From assembly GCF_030684315.1 (NCBI RefSeq), contig NC_081355.1:88365733-88429732 (forward strand): a stretch of 64,000 nucleotides of DNA, written 5' to 3'. This DNA comes from Stegostoma tigrinum (taxonomy: Eukaryota). Shown here piece by piece: positions 13,201 through 26,500 of the stretch (position 1 is its first letter; the number at the start of each line of letters is the position of its first letter). Made by a program: the position numbers and the translations under genes. The notes below the pieces were generated by a model. That model saw only the letters and a program-made list of their open reading frames with translations. It did not search any database and was not told the origin of the DNA.

Positions 13201-16200
13201 CCCAAGCTGCTTTTAATTTCCAGGTCTCTGCTCATGAATAAACTGAAGTTTGTTTGATCTGTTTTCCTTTTAACATAAGTCCAAAAGCCCTGTTTAGCTC
13301 ACGGTTCCCAGCTCACTGCTCCAAGCCCAATTGATAAAAGAATAAAACAAAGATAATGAGAAAAATCTGTGCGGGCTCCATCAATATGCAGCAACATTGG
13401 TTTGGGGTGATTTTTGACTGCCATGGCAAATTCAGCAACATTGCTGCTGTTTGAAAGATCCATGCCAGTTCTCTGGGCTAAATCTTTGCATAACTGTGGG
13501 TGTATTACATTATTGTAAATTTTCAAATGAGATGTTCAACAGAACCCCAGTTGCCTCTTCCACCATTTGAAAGAGAATTTCAAAACATATGGGTACCTGT
13601 AAGGAATTCTGTTGGCAGTGTCTGGGTTGACATTCTATTTTTCACCACATTATCAGAAACAGATGTATTGATTGATCGTTTGTTAATGCTTATGGCATCT
13701 TGCTGAGTACAAAGTGGCCACTACATTTGCCTACATGAAGATACAACAAATTACTTTTTAAAAACTATCTTATCATATTTTTAAGAACTATACAAAAAAA
13801 ATCACATCACTCCCTCCCCCATCAAAGTTTTCTTCTGAAGGAATCCATCCTGACCTGACCGTCATTTTCTTTCAACTTACAGAACAGTCCTGAGGAGGAA
13901 GCTGAATTAAAAAAGTTAAAGGAGCTGGAAAAATCTACAGACCAGCTCTCCCACAAACTGGAAGAAATTAATGCAGAGCTGACAGGCATTCAGAATGTGA
14001 GATAGTCCTTACTTGTCTTTGAAAATGCTGTCATTTTGCTATTCTTACAACTATATTCTCCTCCCTGTAAAAATTAAAATGCGGCTGGACTGCTCTGTGT
14101 CTGGATGCAGGTAGGATTGCCGGTGTCTTTCCAGACATTGCTGTCCCTACATTTGGATCACTGGCTGTTGTGTGGAATGTGCAATTAAAGTTGCACTCCT
14201 TTCAGGGCAGCTGAGTATCTTGACTAAAATTACTCTCATGCTATTCTTGTGTACTGATCATAAACTGTTCAACTTTTCTGGTAATGATTGGATACATTAT
14301 CTCAGTTGGCTTGGGGACTCCAAATCTGTTAAATGTGGGAGCACGGTATTGGGAAGGTTCAGACATTTATATTATCGGAACACACTAAATATTATGATAC
14401 AGAGTGTTGTTTCTTAGTCTATGCTTAATGGATTTTTGCTGTTTTAACTTTCTTAGTAATTGTTTTGGAAAATCACTCGTGAATATTGTGTCTCTCAATA
14501 GCTCAGTATTGAAATGTAAGTGCCAAGCTAACCTTTCAGGTTATACTACTGAATTTCATTTTTGCTGTTGGGCATATTTCATTTGGCCTCAATTTCTAGT
14601 CTGGGAATATTAATTAATGTAGCTCAGGACAGGACGGGACTCAGTTGTTATTTTACATTGACATGCTAACATTTACCATCTTGAGTTATTTTTAAAAATT
14701 TGTTCATGGATCTGGGCATCGCTGGCTAGGCCAGCATTTATTGCCAATCCCTAATTATCCTTGAAATAGTGGTAATGGTTTTTTTTTTGACAAAGTCCTA
14801 TGTAAAAGATTAATGTGTAAAATTAAAGTGCATTGGATTGGGAGTAATGTATTGAGATGGATAGAAAATTGGTTCACAGACAAGAAATGAAGAGGAGGAA
14901 TAAAAGGGTCCTTTTCTGAATGGCAGACAGTAACTAGTCTGGTGCTACATTAATTAATTTGTGTCTTTGTGCTTTCTTTCTGCATTAAAATAACGCCATC
15001 CCTTTGGGGTGTAGTTTAATTCAGTCTCGCCTCTAGTTTATCTGAACTCATTAAAAAAAACCTTTTAAGAGGTAGTAACTCACCCTACAACCAGTCTGAA
15101 GTGGATGGCTTTTCCAGGCTGTACTCCTGTAATTTTTTTGGTGGCAAAGTCCCATAGAAGCCAGGCTCACTTGATGGCAGAGATGCTACCCAGCATGCCA
15201 GGTTCTACAGAACTCTGAGCCAGTGGATTGAGATACTGGGACATTTGCAATACATGTTAATAATTTAAATGAGGGAACTAAATGCAATAACTCAACATTC
15301 AGATGACACAAAGCTGGATGGAAGACTGCGCTGTGAATGTAGAGATGTTGCAGTGTCATTTACACAGGTTGAGTGAGTGGGCAAATGCATAGTACCTGCA
15401 GTATAACGGTTAAATGTGAGGTTATTCACTTTGGTAGCAAAAATAGGAGGGCAGATTATTATTTGAAACGTTATTAATTGACAGAGGGGAATGTTTAATA
15501 AGCCCTGGACTGTCCTCATGCAGTAGTCACTGAAAGTAAGAAGGCAAACTATATGGCACAGGAGTGAGAGGGATTTAGGTGTAGCAATAACACACAGGTA
15601 AGAGACTAAGAATAGGAGTACTGTGATGAGTAACTCTCAACCTGACTCCCCAGTGTCTGTCCACCATCTACAAGGCACAAGTCAGGAATGTGATGGAGTA
15701 CTCCCCACTTGCCTGAAAGGGTGCAGTTCCAACCATGTTTATGAAACCTGACACCATTCAGGACAAAGCAGCCTGCTTGATTGGCTCAACATCCACAAAC
15801 ATCCACCCCCTCCACCATCAACACTCGGTACACACTGCTGCTACTACCTCCAAGATGCACTGCATTTATTCAGCAAAGATCCTCAGCACCTTCCAAATCC
15901 ATCTTGGCACCAGATACATGGGAGCACCACCAACTGCAAGCCACTCACCATTCGGACTTGGGAATATATCACCATTCTTTCACTGTCACTGTGTCAAAAT
16001 GATGGAATTCCCTCCCCAAGGGCATTGTGGGTTAATCTACATGTGGGTTAATCTACAGAACATGGACTGCAGTCATTCAAGAAGGCAGCTCAACCCCACT
16101 TTCTTGAGTGCAACAAGGGATGGTAATAAATGCTGGCCAGTCAGTGACCCCCATGTCCCATGAATGGATAAAAAATGTCTTGCTGCAATTATGCAGGGCA

Positions 16201-19200
16201 TTGCTGAGGCCACACACGAAATATTATGTGCCGTTTTGGTCTCCTTATCTGAGGAAGGATGTTGTTATGGAGGGAGTTTAGCAAAAGTTTACCAAATTCA
16301 TTCCTGGGATGGCAGACTGACATTATAAGGAGGTTGAGTTAATTAAGGTTGTATTGTGGGGTTTAGAAGAATGAGACAGGATCTTATAGAAGCCTATAAA
16401 ATTCAAAGATGGATAGACAGGCTAGATGTGGGAAGGATGTTCCCAGTGGGTGGGGATCCAGAACTAAGGTTCATAGTTTAAGGATAAGGGGGGGCGAACC
16501 TTGTAGGACTGAGATGAAGAGAAACTTCTTCACCCAGAGAGTGGTGAGCCTGTGGAAATCAATAACACAGAAAGTGGTTGAGGCGGAAACATTGTGTTTT
16601 CAAGAAAGAAGTAGATGCAGCTCTTGTGGCTGAAGGGATATTGAGAGGAGGGCGGGATTAGGGTATTAAGCTCGGTGATCAGCTATGATTGTATTGAATG
16701 GCAGAGCAAGCTGAGGGATTAAATGGCCTTGTCCTACTCCAGATTCTATGTTTGTACGTTTAGCAAAACTCCTGATGAGTGCAGGGCAAAAAGCTTCAAC
16801 AAGTTTTTTTTAATTCTCAGCAATACGCAAGTAGTGATTCACACCTAATGTAATAAAACTACATAAAATCTTTACACTTGATCATGTTTTAAAAGGGTTA
16901 AGGGTCCTTAGATCTGATGCAGAATTATGGCTGCACATTTTTGGTAGTTTCCTGCAATGTTAAGGATTTGGTTTAACTTGCAACATTGGATGTATGAAAC
17001 ATGATATATAGGTATAAAATAATTTGTGCTGAGGTTTTGTTTTGTTGCCATCCAGGGGTTCCTAGCCCGAGATCTTCAATCAGCTGCATTAAGCAAATTA
17101 GAGAAGAAGGTGAAGACCACATCTGAACAGTGTATGAAGTTTCTTGAACAGATTGATGCTATGGTGGGTGAGAGAAAATTACAGATATGTACAAATTGTA
17201 TAAATAGAATTTGTGTTTTTGGAGAAAGAAGTTAACTGAAAATTTGTGTTTTTCTCATTAGTCTGCAGTGTCCATTTTAATGAATTCCAGTTCTCCTTAA
17301 AAAGAGTTCACAATTTTTGATAACTTATTTCAAAGGTTTTTTTTTTCTGAAAGTTGTTCAATCCAGAACTTCGGAAAATTATATTTCAAGCATTTGCAAG
17401 TTGATGATTAAACTTTCTTCAGCAATGAATACCAGCCTGCAATATATTTTAATCAAGATATAAACGATATATTGCTGTCAAATTTAGATGTAGCTAAATG
17501 TAACAGCCAGCTTATTTGAACAAGTAATACTCTGATCATTTCTTGAGGCTCTGTGATATGTTTGTAGTTGATTTTGAGGATAGTGCTTCGATGAATGAAA
17601 AGTGATCTTGTGGAAATTTAAAAATTTTTTATTTGGTTTAACAGGGTGGATGTAGATGGGGTGTTTCTCCAAGCTGGTAAGTTTAGAACCAGAGGACAGA
17701 GTTTCACCATAGGGGATTGGCACTTTAAGACTGACATGAGGCTGGTGAATCTTTGGAATTCTCTATCACAGAGGCTGTGGAAGCTTATTCATTCAACTAG
17801 TTCAAGACACAAATCACTTAAGATTTCTGGATACTGAAGACATCTTGGGCTGCAGGGATAGTGTAGGAAAGTGGCGTTGAAGTAGATGTTCAACGATGAT
17901 TTAATTGAATGGCACCGTGTTCCCAGTATTAAACTCTAATTCCTTCTTATTCAAAACACAATAAACTTAAAATGGTCTCACAATGATGTGAATGAATGTA
18001 GTTGATCCTTGTGAAACGACTGGTTCAGTAGCATTTGTCCATGTTTAAAAAGGATTTGTGCCACTTTTTTTATTCCTTTAGACATCATTCACAGTTGAAA
18101 ACACATGGTGAGGGAGAAACTCAAGAACCATGATCAATTCATCCATCAATTTGGTTGTGTAGACTCATATTAAAATTTTAATTATTTAGTACAAACCTGC
18201 TTCTGCTGTATCAAGGCACCGTAAAATGTACAGATAGGAGCAAGAAGTTATAAAGAAAAATAGACCTGTGTGTGGACAAAACCAGCATATTTAATGCAGT
18301 GTAGGGAAGGTCAAATTAGAAAACCTTCTCAATGGTGAGAATTGGGAGCTGTAGATGTACAGGAGTACAAAAAGTAATGAGCAAGACAAATTGAACTTCC
18401 GCCTTCAACTCAAAAGGGATAAAATTCTATAATGAAGAAATAATGGTTCAGTTTTACAGCCCTTCTCCAATTAAATCTGGTCCTGATATTCCAATAGGAA
18501 GATAGTCATTGTGACTTAGGAGCATGTGGGAATTGCCCAGAAAATTGAAATTTCATTGGGGCATATAACCTAGCATCAGGAAACCCCACAGAAGTCTCCT
18601 ACTTTGAGTCTGAGACTTTGGATCGTTCTGACTTTCTTAAACTCAATAATTGCCCACCGAGGATTAAAATCTGTTTTATCATTGAATTGAACTATTGACT
18701 CACTGCTGACTTCCTGATCTGATCCCCCCCACCCTCACCACCCTGTTAGATTATCACGTATCCAATTCTGAGGGGAAAACCGGATCATTGTATGCATCTA
18801 CTTTGTACCAGTCTTTGGACATATTGACTCAGGGGTTATGTGCATTATTTCATCAGAATGCTACTAGGACTTAAGAGTTAAATCAGGAGGGCAAGTGCAT
18901 TTGACTTATTTTCCCTTAGTTTACAATATTGAGGGAAGTTCAAATTGAGTAATAGAGCATTCAATTGAGGGCATAGATAAACTATTTTCTCTTGTGTAAT
19001 CTAGTGCAGTGTGGTATAATACTAAAATTAGAGATAGACAAGAATTGATATCAGGCAGTACAACTTCACACAAGATGTAGTGCAAATCTGAAACTTTACT
19101 AAAAGGAAGTGGGCTATTGGAAATTTAAGACTCCGATTAGTACATTTTTTGTCAGATAAAGCTATCACAGGATATGGAGCAAAGGTGGATAATTAGATGT

Positions 19201-21575
19201 TGAGGTACATATCCTGCATGATTCATAATCTTGATTTTTGTTTTGAAGCATTTTGGGTAGAAATCTTCTCTAAGTGCAACCAATGCTGTATGGCCCCAGT
19301 CTGAGCTAATAATGACTATGAATGCCGAAGAAAGATGCGCTTGAAAGATCCTGGAACATAATATTTACCAAACTTCATGAGATCACCCAGTATCGTAGTG
19401 CGCTGTCCTCTCCAATAGGAAATTCCAGACCACGTTTAAATTGTAAACATGCTAAATCAAATTTGTGCATTTGTACTGTTTCTTCCTTGCAAGTAAAATA
19501 TTTTGAATTTATTTTCAAGAGTTTGCCTGATGACTTTAGTGACTGCAGACATAGGAGGAAAGGTCTAGTAAAGAATGTACAGGTGAGTTTGTCTTGTATA
19601 TTGGAATTTGAGATGTTTCAGATGTTTGAAAGTCAGACTCACTCCCATACTGTGTTTTGAGTGTAGTTGGTACCCAATTTAATTGATAATGGCACCTTCC
19701 CTTACAACTAGCGAAGGTGCAACATCCGCCATTTACCTCCTCCCTCCCCAGTATCCAAGGGCCCAAACATACCCTCCAGATGAAGCAACACTTCACCTGC
19801 ACTTCCCAGAACCTAGTCTACTGCATTACTGCACACAATGTGGTATTCTCTACATTGGGGAAACAAAGCAGAGATTGGGTGACGGCTTGGCAGAACATTT
19901 ACGTTCTGCTCACAAAAAAAGACCCTGAGCTTCCAGTTGCCTGCAACTTTAACACACCCCTGTTCACTGGCCAACATCTGTGTCTCTGGCTTGCTGCAGT
20001 GTTCCAGCGAAGCTCAATGCAAGCTGGAGGAACACCACCTCATTTTCTGCTTGGGAACCTTGCAGCCCTCTGAACTCAATATCGAGTTTAATTTTAGGGC
20101 CTAAACTCTCCCATGTCCTAATCCCCACAGGCCATGTTACCACATACCCTACTATTACACACTACCTATTGTTAGTCACTAACAGTCCCATTAACAGCTA
20201 TTCAAAGATTGGTATCAGCTCCTTTGTCTATCCCACTGTTCTCTCTCCTTGGGCTCTATCCTATCATTTACTTCCTACCCCATCCCCCTCCCTATTTTCT
20301 GCATATAAGCTGACGTTTTCCCAGTTACCATCAGCTCTGAGAAAGGGCCACTGGACCTGAAACGTTAACTCTGATATTTTCTTCAGAGATGCTGTCAGAC
20401 TGGGGTGGCACAGTGATTAGCACTGCTGCCTCACAGCGCCAGGGACCTGGATTTGATTCCACCCTCGGGCGACTGTGTGGAGTTTGCACATACTCCCCGT
20501 GTCTGCGTGGGTTTCCTCCAGGTGCTCCGGTTTCCTCCCACAGTCCAAAGATGTGCAGGTAGGTGGATTGGCCACGATAAATTGCCTGTAGTGTTCAGGG
20601 TTGTTTAGGTCAGGTGGGTTATAGGGGGATGGGATGCTCTGAGGGTCAGTGTGGACTTGTTGGACCAAAGGGCCTTGTCCACATTGTAGGGACTCTATTA
20701 AAAAAATGAGCTTTTCCAACAACTTCTGTTTTTGTTCCTGTCATTAATTTAAATTAGATTGTACTCTCAACTTTTGTCTCTTGTAAACAACTAAACAAAA
20801 CAAATGTGTATGACCACTTATTTAATCAATCTATATTTTTAGTGGTTTATAATTTTTATAAATTTACTACACTTTGTAGGGTTTTTTAAATAAAAATCTG
20901 AAACATTGACAAGTCAAAATTTGAACAGTGGGTATTTTGCTGCAATTTAGTCAAATCCATTAGCTGCAAGCAGATGTGTAAATGGTTTAAATATAAATCC
21001 CCCAACATACATAATTGAGAAGTCTGGAAAGATCAGATTTGATGCTCTGTTAACCAGCCTGAGACTAGCTAAGTGTCGGGTCTGTCTAGGTAATAGCTGG
21101 TTTACATTTCCTGGCCAGAGTTTCCAGCTCTAATAGCATGAAATTGTTATGTATGAGCAGTCCAAATGGTTGAACTGAATGTTTAGAGTGTGGGTGACAA
21201 CACCATACTGTTAACTGCCGATAGGTTTGAAATGCCCTTGAAGCCTGAAGTACAATGTAGGGGCACGTTGTACTTACAAACATGCTCTTCCGTCAGGGAG
21301 GTGAATAGCGCACCAAGGTATCCCGCTAGTTCTGTCCGTAATTAAACAAATGATAAATAGACACTGCTTAACAGTTGTAAGCAGATTGCAGTCTATCCCA
21401 GATGTGGCCCAGGAAGTTGCCATCAAACATGTGTAAAACTTCTACATTTTCTCCAAGTGTGAATTTTTTCTTCTTTTGGCTGCAGAATTACTTGGCTCAG
21501 TGTGACATCATTGAAACAAATATCTCACAGGAACTAGAAAAGCTTCAATCAAAGAACCTCACTCTTGCTGACTGA
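4104..21575 (+). CDS. BAG1: BAG family molecular chaperone regulator 1 (ubiquitin-like + BAG domain), complete spliced gene, 7 coding exons, 624 nt / 207 aa
   Basis: Exons 4104-4140, 4853-4981, 10906-10988, 13883-13996, 17056-17163, 19520-19582 and 21486-21575 join in frame with GT-AG introns. Translation [21 protein letters not shown]...[60 protein letters not shown]...[39 protein letters not shown] resembles vertebrate BAG1S throughout. Confidence 0.96.
4853..4981 (+). CDS. BAG1: BAG1 exon 2 (UBL domain)
   Basis: ttcttAG acceptor; [43 protein letters not shown]; donor GTAATC. Confidence 0.95.
8140..8855 (-). mobile_element. 5'-truncated Penelope-like retroelement (GIY-YIG endonuclease C-terminus + pLTR, short inverted 5' piece)
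   Basis: [19 protein letters not shown]...[21 protein letters not shown]; flanking direct repeat CCTGCCAAAT (8126-8135 / 8856-8865); hammerhead at 8206-8233 has GAAA>AAAA. Confidence 0.88.
9230..10620 (-). mobile_element. Degenerate nested CR1-type LINE 3' fragments
   Basis: Reverse-complement CR1 RT/3' motifs; no long ORF. Confidence 0.6.
10906..10988 (+). CDS. BAG1: BAG1 exon 3
   Basis: tgtAG acceptor; [27 protein letters not shown]; donor GTAAAG. Confidence 0.95.
11340..11535. repeat. PLE-derived fold-back (arms ~11340-11409 / 11422-11491)
   Basis: acaaacaggaagctggaagaacacagcaagtcagg... versus ...cctgacttgctgtgttcttccagcctcctgtttgt. Confidence 0.75.
13883..13996 (+). CDS. BAG1: BAG1 exon 4
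   Basis: ttacAG acceptor; [38 protein letters not shown]; donor GTGAGA. Confidence 0.95.
14780..16750 (+). mobile_element. Mosaic of degenerate CR1-type LINE fragments, with a nested second LINE 3' end at ~15630-16165
   Basis: ADDTKL-like codons, RPH.EY/FWSP motifs, [13 protein letters not shown] and a typical CR1 tail. Confidence 0.7.
17056..17163 (+). CDS. BAG1: BAG1 exon 5 (BAG domain)
   Basis: tccAG acceptor; [36 protein letters not shown]; donor GTGGGT. Confidence 0.95.
19520..19582 (+). CDS. BAG1: BAG1 exon 6
   Basis: ttttcaAG acceptor; [21 protein letters not shown]; donor GTGAGT. Confidence 0.94.
19690..20740 (+). mobile_element. Penelope-like element 3' fragment (second subfamily), tail interrupted by a SINE
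   Basis: GIY-YIG motif [26 protein letters not shown]; hammerhead-like CTGAGAA...GAAACGTT at 20337-20366. Confidence 0.85.
20402..20707 (+). mobile_element. HE1-like V-SINE nested in PLE tail
   Basis: GGGGTGGCACAGTG...GATTCC, V-domain core. Confidence 0.85.
21486..21575 (+). CDS. BAG1: BAG1 exon 7 (last coding)
   Basis: tgcAG acceptor; [29 protein letters not shown] then TGA at 21573-21575. Confidence 0.95.
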   Translation, partial: NYLAQCDIIETNISQELEKLQSKNLTLAD

Positions 21576-21706
21576 TTTTACAGAAAATAACAAAGGAGTA
21601 TAATAGTAAGGAACCACCGCATCTAGATTTTGCTATTTTAATCTAAAGAATTATTAAATTATTCACAACCTGGTGTAAGAAATGATTTGGCGAATGGAAA
21701 CTTTGT

Positions 21707-21893
21707 AATAAAGGTAATAGATTGCTTTCCAGGACAGTAACACATTTACTCTGATAATTACTTCCTACATCATCACATCAGAAGGCTCTTTATTACTACA
21801 AAAAGACCAGGTGAAATAAGCTTTTTTTGTATTCTAGCTGTACAATGGACTACTTGCATGTGGTAGTTAGTCAAAAGGGCATACCTTAATAAA
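21707..21893 (+). terminator. Candidate BAG1 polyadenylation signals (AATAAA at 21707 and 21888)
   Basis: Canonical hexamers downstream of the stop codon; which one is used is unknown. Confidence 0.5.
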
Positions 21894-23280
21894 TTACTTC
21901 ATTTAATTCATTTGATATGTCTAACTTATTTAACATTCCTTGGAGACATCATGAATAACTATTAAAAATATGTCTCTTAGTGAATAAGTTTAAGTGCTTA
22001 TTCACTTTAGAAACAATTGATATGAGGCTGTTGTAACACACACTTCTGCTTTAAGTTTTGTGGAAACTCCCATTCTTTTTAGTTTCAAAGTATATCAGTC
22101 CATGGAGATGAGAAAAGAGATAGAGGTCTTCATGCCACTGTGGAACAAAAGATCAGTTTATGTTTAACACTGCTACCAGTAACTATGTTGGAGATGTGGA
22201 CAAATCTTTGAAGGTGACAGGGTAGCTTAAGAGTTCAACTAAAAGCATAAAGAATCCTAGACTTCACAAAATTATGGAAAAGTATACAAAAACAAGGAAG
22301 TTATTAAAAATACCTGTGTAAAACACTAGATCACCCTCAAATGAATTATTGCATCCAGTTCTTGGCACCAGGAAGGAACCAAAAGGCAATAGACTCAGTG
22401 AATGATGAACCTCTTATGTAAATAGATCAGAGATGCTTGAGTTGTTCTTCTCATGAAGTTCTCTAGGTAGAATAGATGGGGAAGAATGTTCCATCATGAA
22501 AATGTATCACCAATTTCAGGTGATTTGGGATATGAAGGAACCTTTCTCATGCAATGATGGTTAGGATTTGGGTGCACTACCCAAGTGTGACCAAATAAGA
22601 TTCAGGCATAGATTTCACAAGAAGGTTGAATCATTCCCTCAATCTAGAAGGTTTAAAGTGATATGCGTGGGAGCTGTTTGCAAGAACAATTCTATCCCGT
22701 GCTATCCCCCACCTTTCCGATACACTTCAATCTTCTATCTGGCTGCTGAAGGTGAACAGGAGGCTGAATGGCTGTTTCCTGTACAAACCATTTTATGATT
22801 ATAAAATGCCATGACAGACATATAGCTAATAAAACATTAGGATAATATGGGTCAAATCAATCTCAAACAATTTTTTGTCTAAGCTGTGTGGATGCATTAG
22901 GTTCTAGTTCTAGAATCCATTGCTATGTGTGGACCTTGAAAGTCCAGGCAGCGGTAGGAAAAATGAAAAGAAACGTGGGGAACAAATATACAACTGCTTT
23001 CATGCATATAGTGTAGCTATTCAGATTGGCTTTACCACGCACAATGGCAGATTTGGACCTATCAGCTATAGTCATCTTGTACTATCTCAAACTTACTTTA
23101 TTTGTTCCACCCAAAACCTTTACCTTTTAAATTTCAAAGATCCCTGAAGTTAGGTATGTTAATCCGTGGCAACAAGAATAACCCATGTCAAATAAGTACA
23201 TTTAAAACTGAATTTACTTTCTAAGTTCCCTTTCTACAAAAACGAAATGCATAAATACACAACTAATATTATTTCAGGAG

Positions 23281-23317
23281 TTTATTTTTATACATTATTT
23301 TCAGTAATGGTTTTATT
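23281..23317 (-). terminator. Candidate FASTKD3 polyadenylation signals
   Basis: TTTATT on + (AATAAA on -) at 23281-23286 and 23312-23317, 115-150 nt after the stop. Confidence 0.55.
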
Positions 23318-23432
23318 TATACAATTGTAATCAAGACACTTTTAAAAATAGGTAAGGTGGCCACCAATGCATATTGCCTACAGCTGACAGTGGCTTTTTA
23401 AGGTGGAAATTAACTCTTCGTTTTAGCTTTTA

Positions 23433-23531
23433 TTACCAAGCAAGTCTGTAGCTGTATGGAAAGATCTTCTTGTGAACATATTCTACCATTTCCTTATTGT
23501 TCTGTAGCTTGTCAAATTCATAGAATGGAAT
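23433..23531 (-). CDS. FASTKD3: FASTKD3 last coding exon
   Basis: IPFYEFDKLQNNKEMVEYVHKKIFPYSYRLAW followed by TAA TAA. Confidence 0.94.
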   Translation of the reverse strand: MPFYEFDKLQNNKEMVEYVHKKIFPYSYRLAW

Positions 23532-26500
23532 CTAGATAAAACAAATTACAGGTTTTCACATCATCCTATGTAATAATTTAATAAACATGTATAAATTTGT
23601 GTAGACATTGATTGTAATTACAGGTTATCAATGTAAAAGCTCTAAGTCAGAATTACTGACAAAGCATTTTATAACCATTTGTTCAAGTATGTATCCCAAA
23701 TACTTTTAGCTTTCCCAATCTCTACTCCACTAGTGTACTCACCTGTACAACATCGTAGCCCAGCAGCCGTAGTTGCCTCTGTTTGATAGCTTCCTTACCG
23801 AGTAGATTCTGAGTATTTACAGAGAACCTGCTCTGGCCATCAATGCAGAGTGCTATTCTGAAAATGATGATAATTTGAATGAATAACATAGCTCAGTAAC
23901 AACAGCAACATTTATATGGTGCCCTTGACTTTTCTATGACTATGTTTTAAGGTGGATAGGGAGGGAGTTCCACAGAATGGGATTAAGTTAGTGCATGTTG
24001 AGACAGAGTAGGTTAACACATACACCTGTATCAGAACTGGGAATTTTAGGGTGGGAGAATAGCTGAAATCTTGGGTATGGCAAGCAAAATTTATAATTTT
24101 AAAGTACTTGCAGAAATTTAGGATCCAATTTGATTAGCTTTACCAGGACTACCCCAAGGTACATAGTTGATTTACTGAAACAATATCAACCAATTTATGA
24201 AGCTGTGGGTCATCATGTGACAGTGACCACATCTAACTTCATATTTTGGGATAAATTATATTAATTCAACAGAACCTTTTGTAAATTTGTCGCCCGCAAA
24301 AGGAGAAAAAAAGTTACCTGTACAACAAACACATTCCCCTTAGAAATATCATAATCCTTATAGTTTCATAACATTGCACATAACAGATACCTTCCAGATC
24401 CAGACCAGAATTAAACAAAGTACTGTGATAGCTTCCATGCTAATTACAACGTCCCTTGCAATAGTTATTCACTTCATCATGATCACTCAGATGGAAAGCC
24501 CTTTAATCTAAGTTGCTTCTGTGCCCAAACCAAAGTGACTAGTGTAGATGCCTGATTACAGTTTGCAGATGACTGCCATGTCGTTGCCTGCTCTGCACCA
24601 GATTTGCAAGCAATCCGGGCTGTTTTCAATTATCATATAGGAAACTCTGCTTGCCTTTGAATATCATCCAATCACAGCCAAATATTCCACCTCCTTCATA
24701 TGTTAGAAAATAAAGTTCCATCCAGTGGTATAACCTAATTTTACACAAAAATCACCAAAGGGTATCCTGCAGAGAGGTAGGTCATGTGGAACACCAAACT
24801 TAAGACACCAACACAAAATACATGTTCTGGGAAAGACTGGGAGGCTGAAAGAGGAATGCTGAGATCAACAGAGAAAGCCAGCAAGGGGATGGGAGTAATA
24901 TTTGCAAAGAAAACAATTTCAAATCTGACAACAAAGAAGCACTCCAGTAACTAGCAGCTAAGAAATCATGAAGGCTGTATATTGGAGCAAGTGAATTCAA
25001 TATCAATTAGGTGAAGAGGGAAATAACTTAAAATATTAACTTTCCTTTTTCAATCTAAGCCAAACGTTTTTCAAAACTATATCAAAAGGAATGGGAGTGC
25101 ACACACAAGCTACAGTAATTGACTGGCAATCACGAGCAAATCACATTTTTAAAAAACAGACAAGTTTCTGTCAAGATTAGTTTGTGTCCACTGTGCAGAA
25201 ACAGCATCTTTACATTTCATCTATGCGCTAGAGAGTGAGATGGAATTTTTGGAGTCAGCAGAGGATCGTGAACTTCTAGGAGCACAGGAACAAGAGTAGG
25301 TCATTTAGTCCCTCAAGCCAGTTCTACATTCAGTGAGATCGTGGCTGATCTGTGGCCTAACTCCATACATTTGCCTTTGGCCCATATCCCTTAATACCTT
25401 TGCTTAACAAAAAATCCTTTCAGATTTAAAATTAACAACTGATCCAGCATCCACTGATATTTGTGGAAGAGAGTTCCAAGCCACTATCACCCTTTCTGCG
25501 TAGAAGTACTTCCTAATACCTCGGCTGAACCATCTCGCTCTAATTCTCAGATAATGCTCCTAGTTCTAGAATTAACAAACTATTTCCACTAGTTATCTAC
25601 CCAGTCTTTTCCTGTTAATATCTTAAACTTCAATTAGATCACCCCATATCCGTTGAAACTCAAAAGAAACAGGTCTGGTTTATACAATCATTCCTCATAA
25701 CTCCTAAAGTTCAGATATATAAACCTATATTGTGCCCAGATCAGCTCATTGTACTCCAAATGGAGTATAACCAGGGTTTTGTATAACTGCAGCATAACTT
25801 CTGTATCCTTGTACTCCAGTCCTCGAGGTATAAAGGCCAGCATTCCATTAGCTTTGTTGATTATTTTCTGAACCTGTCTGTGCATTTCAAAGACGCATGC
25901 ATCTGAATCCAAGTCTCTCTTTAAATACATTCACTGCATTTCACTTCATACCATGCCAAAATTACTCTGATCTATCCTTTTTCAGTCCAAAATAGATAAC
26001 CTCGCACATTTACACAGTTTTGCCCAGCCACATAGCATCAAATTACAACAGGATATTGACAGACTATCATTTACAGAATACAATGTTGCTTAACTTTGTG
26101 TCATCAGCAAATTACCTGAATGTTATTAAAAAATTATTTGACTAATGTCATTGGCTGGGAATTTGTTACCCGCACCGAGATGATGGTGGTGTAGCTTGAA
26201 CTTCTACAATCCTTGGGGTGAAGATCTGACCCCCAGTGCTTTAAAAAAGGAGTTCCAGAATTTTCAGTCAGAGAAGGAACAACAACATACAAGTCGGATG
26301 ATGTGCACCTTGGAAAGGAACTTGCAGGTGGTAGCATTCCCATGCATCTATTACCCTTGTCCTTCTATGTGATTGACAGCAACTTCCAAACCTGCAACCT
26401 CAGAGGAACCTGGATGAACCTTACTGCAGTGTATCTTGTATATGGCATATACTTCTATCATTGCACATTGGTATGGATGTTTAGTGCCAATCAAGTGTGC

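Noticed and set aside
20337-20366. Active intronic ribozyme in BAG1 sense orientation
   Set aside because: The core reads CTGAGAA (G8 lost), so it is predicted inactive.
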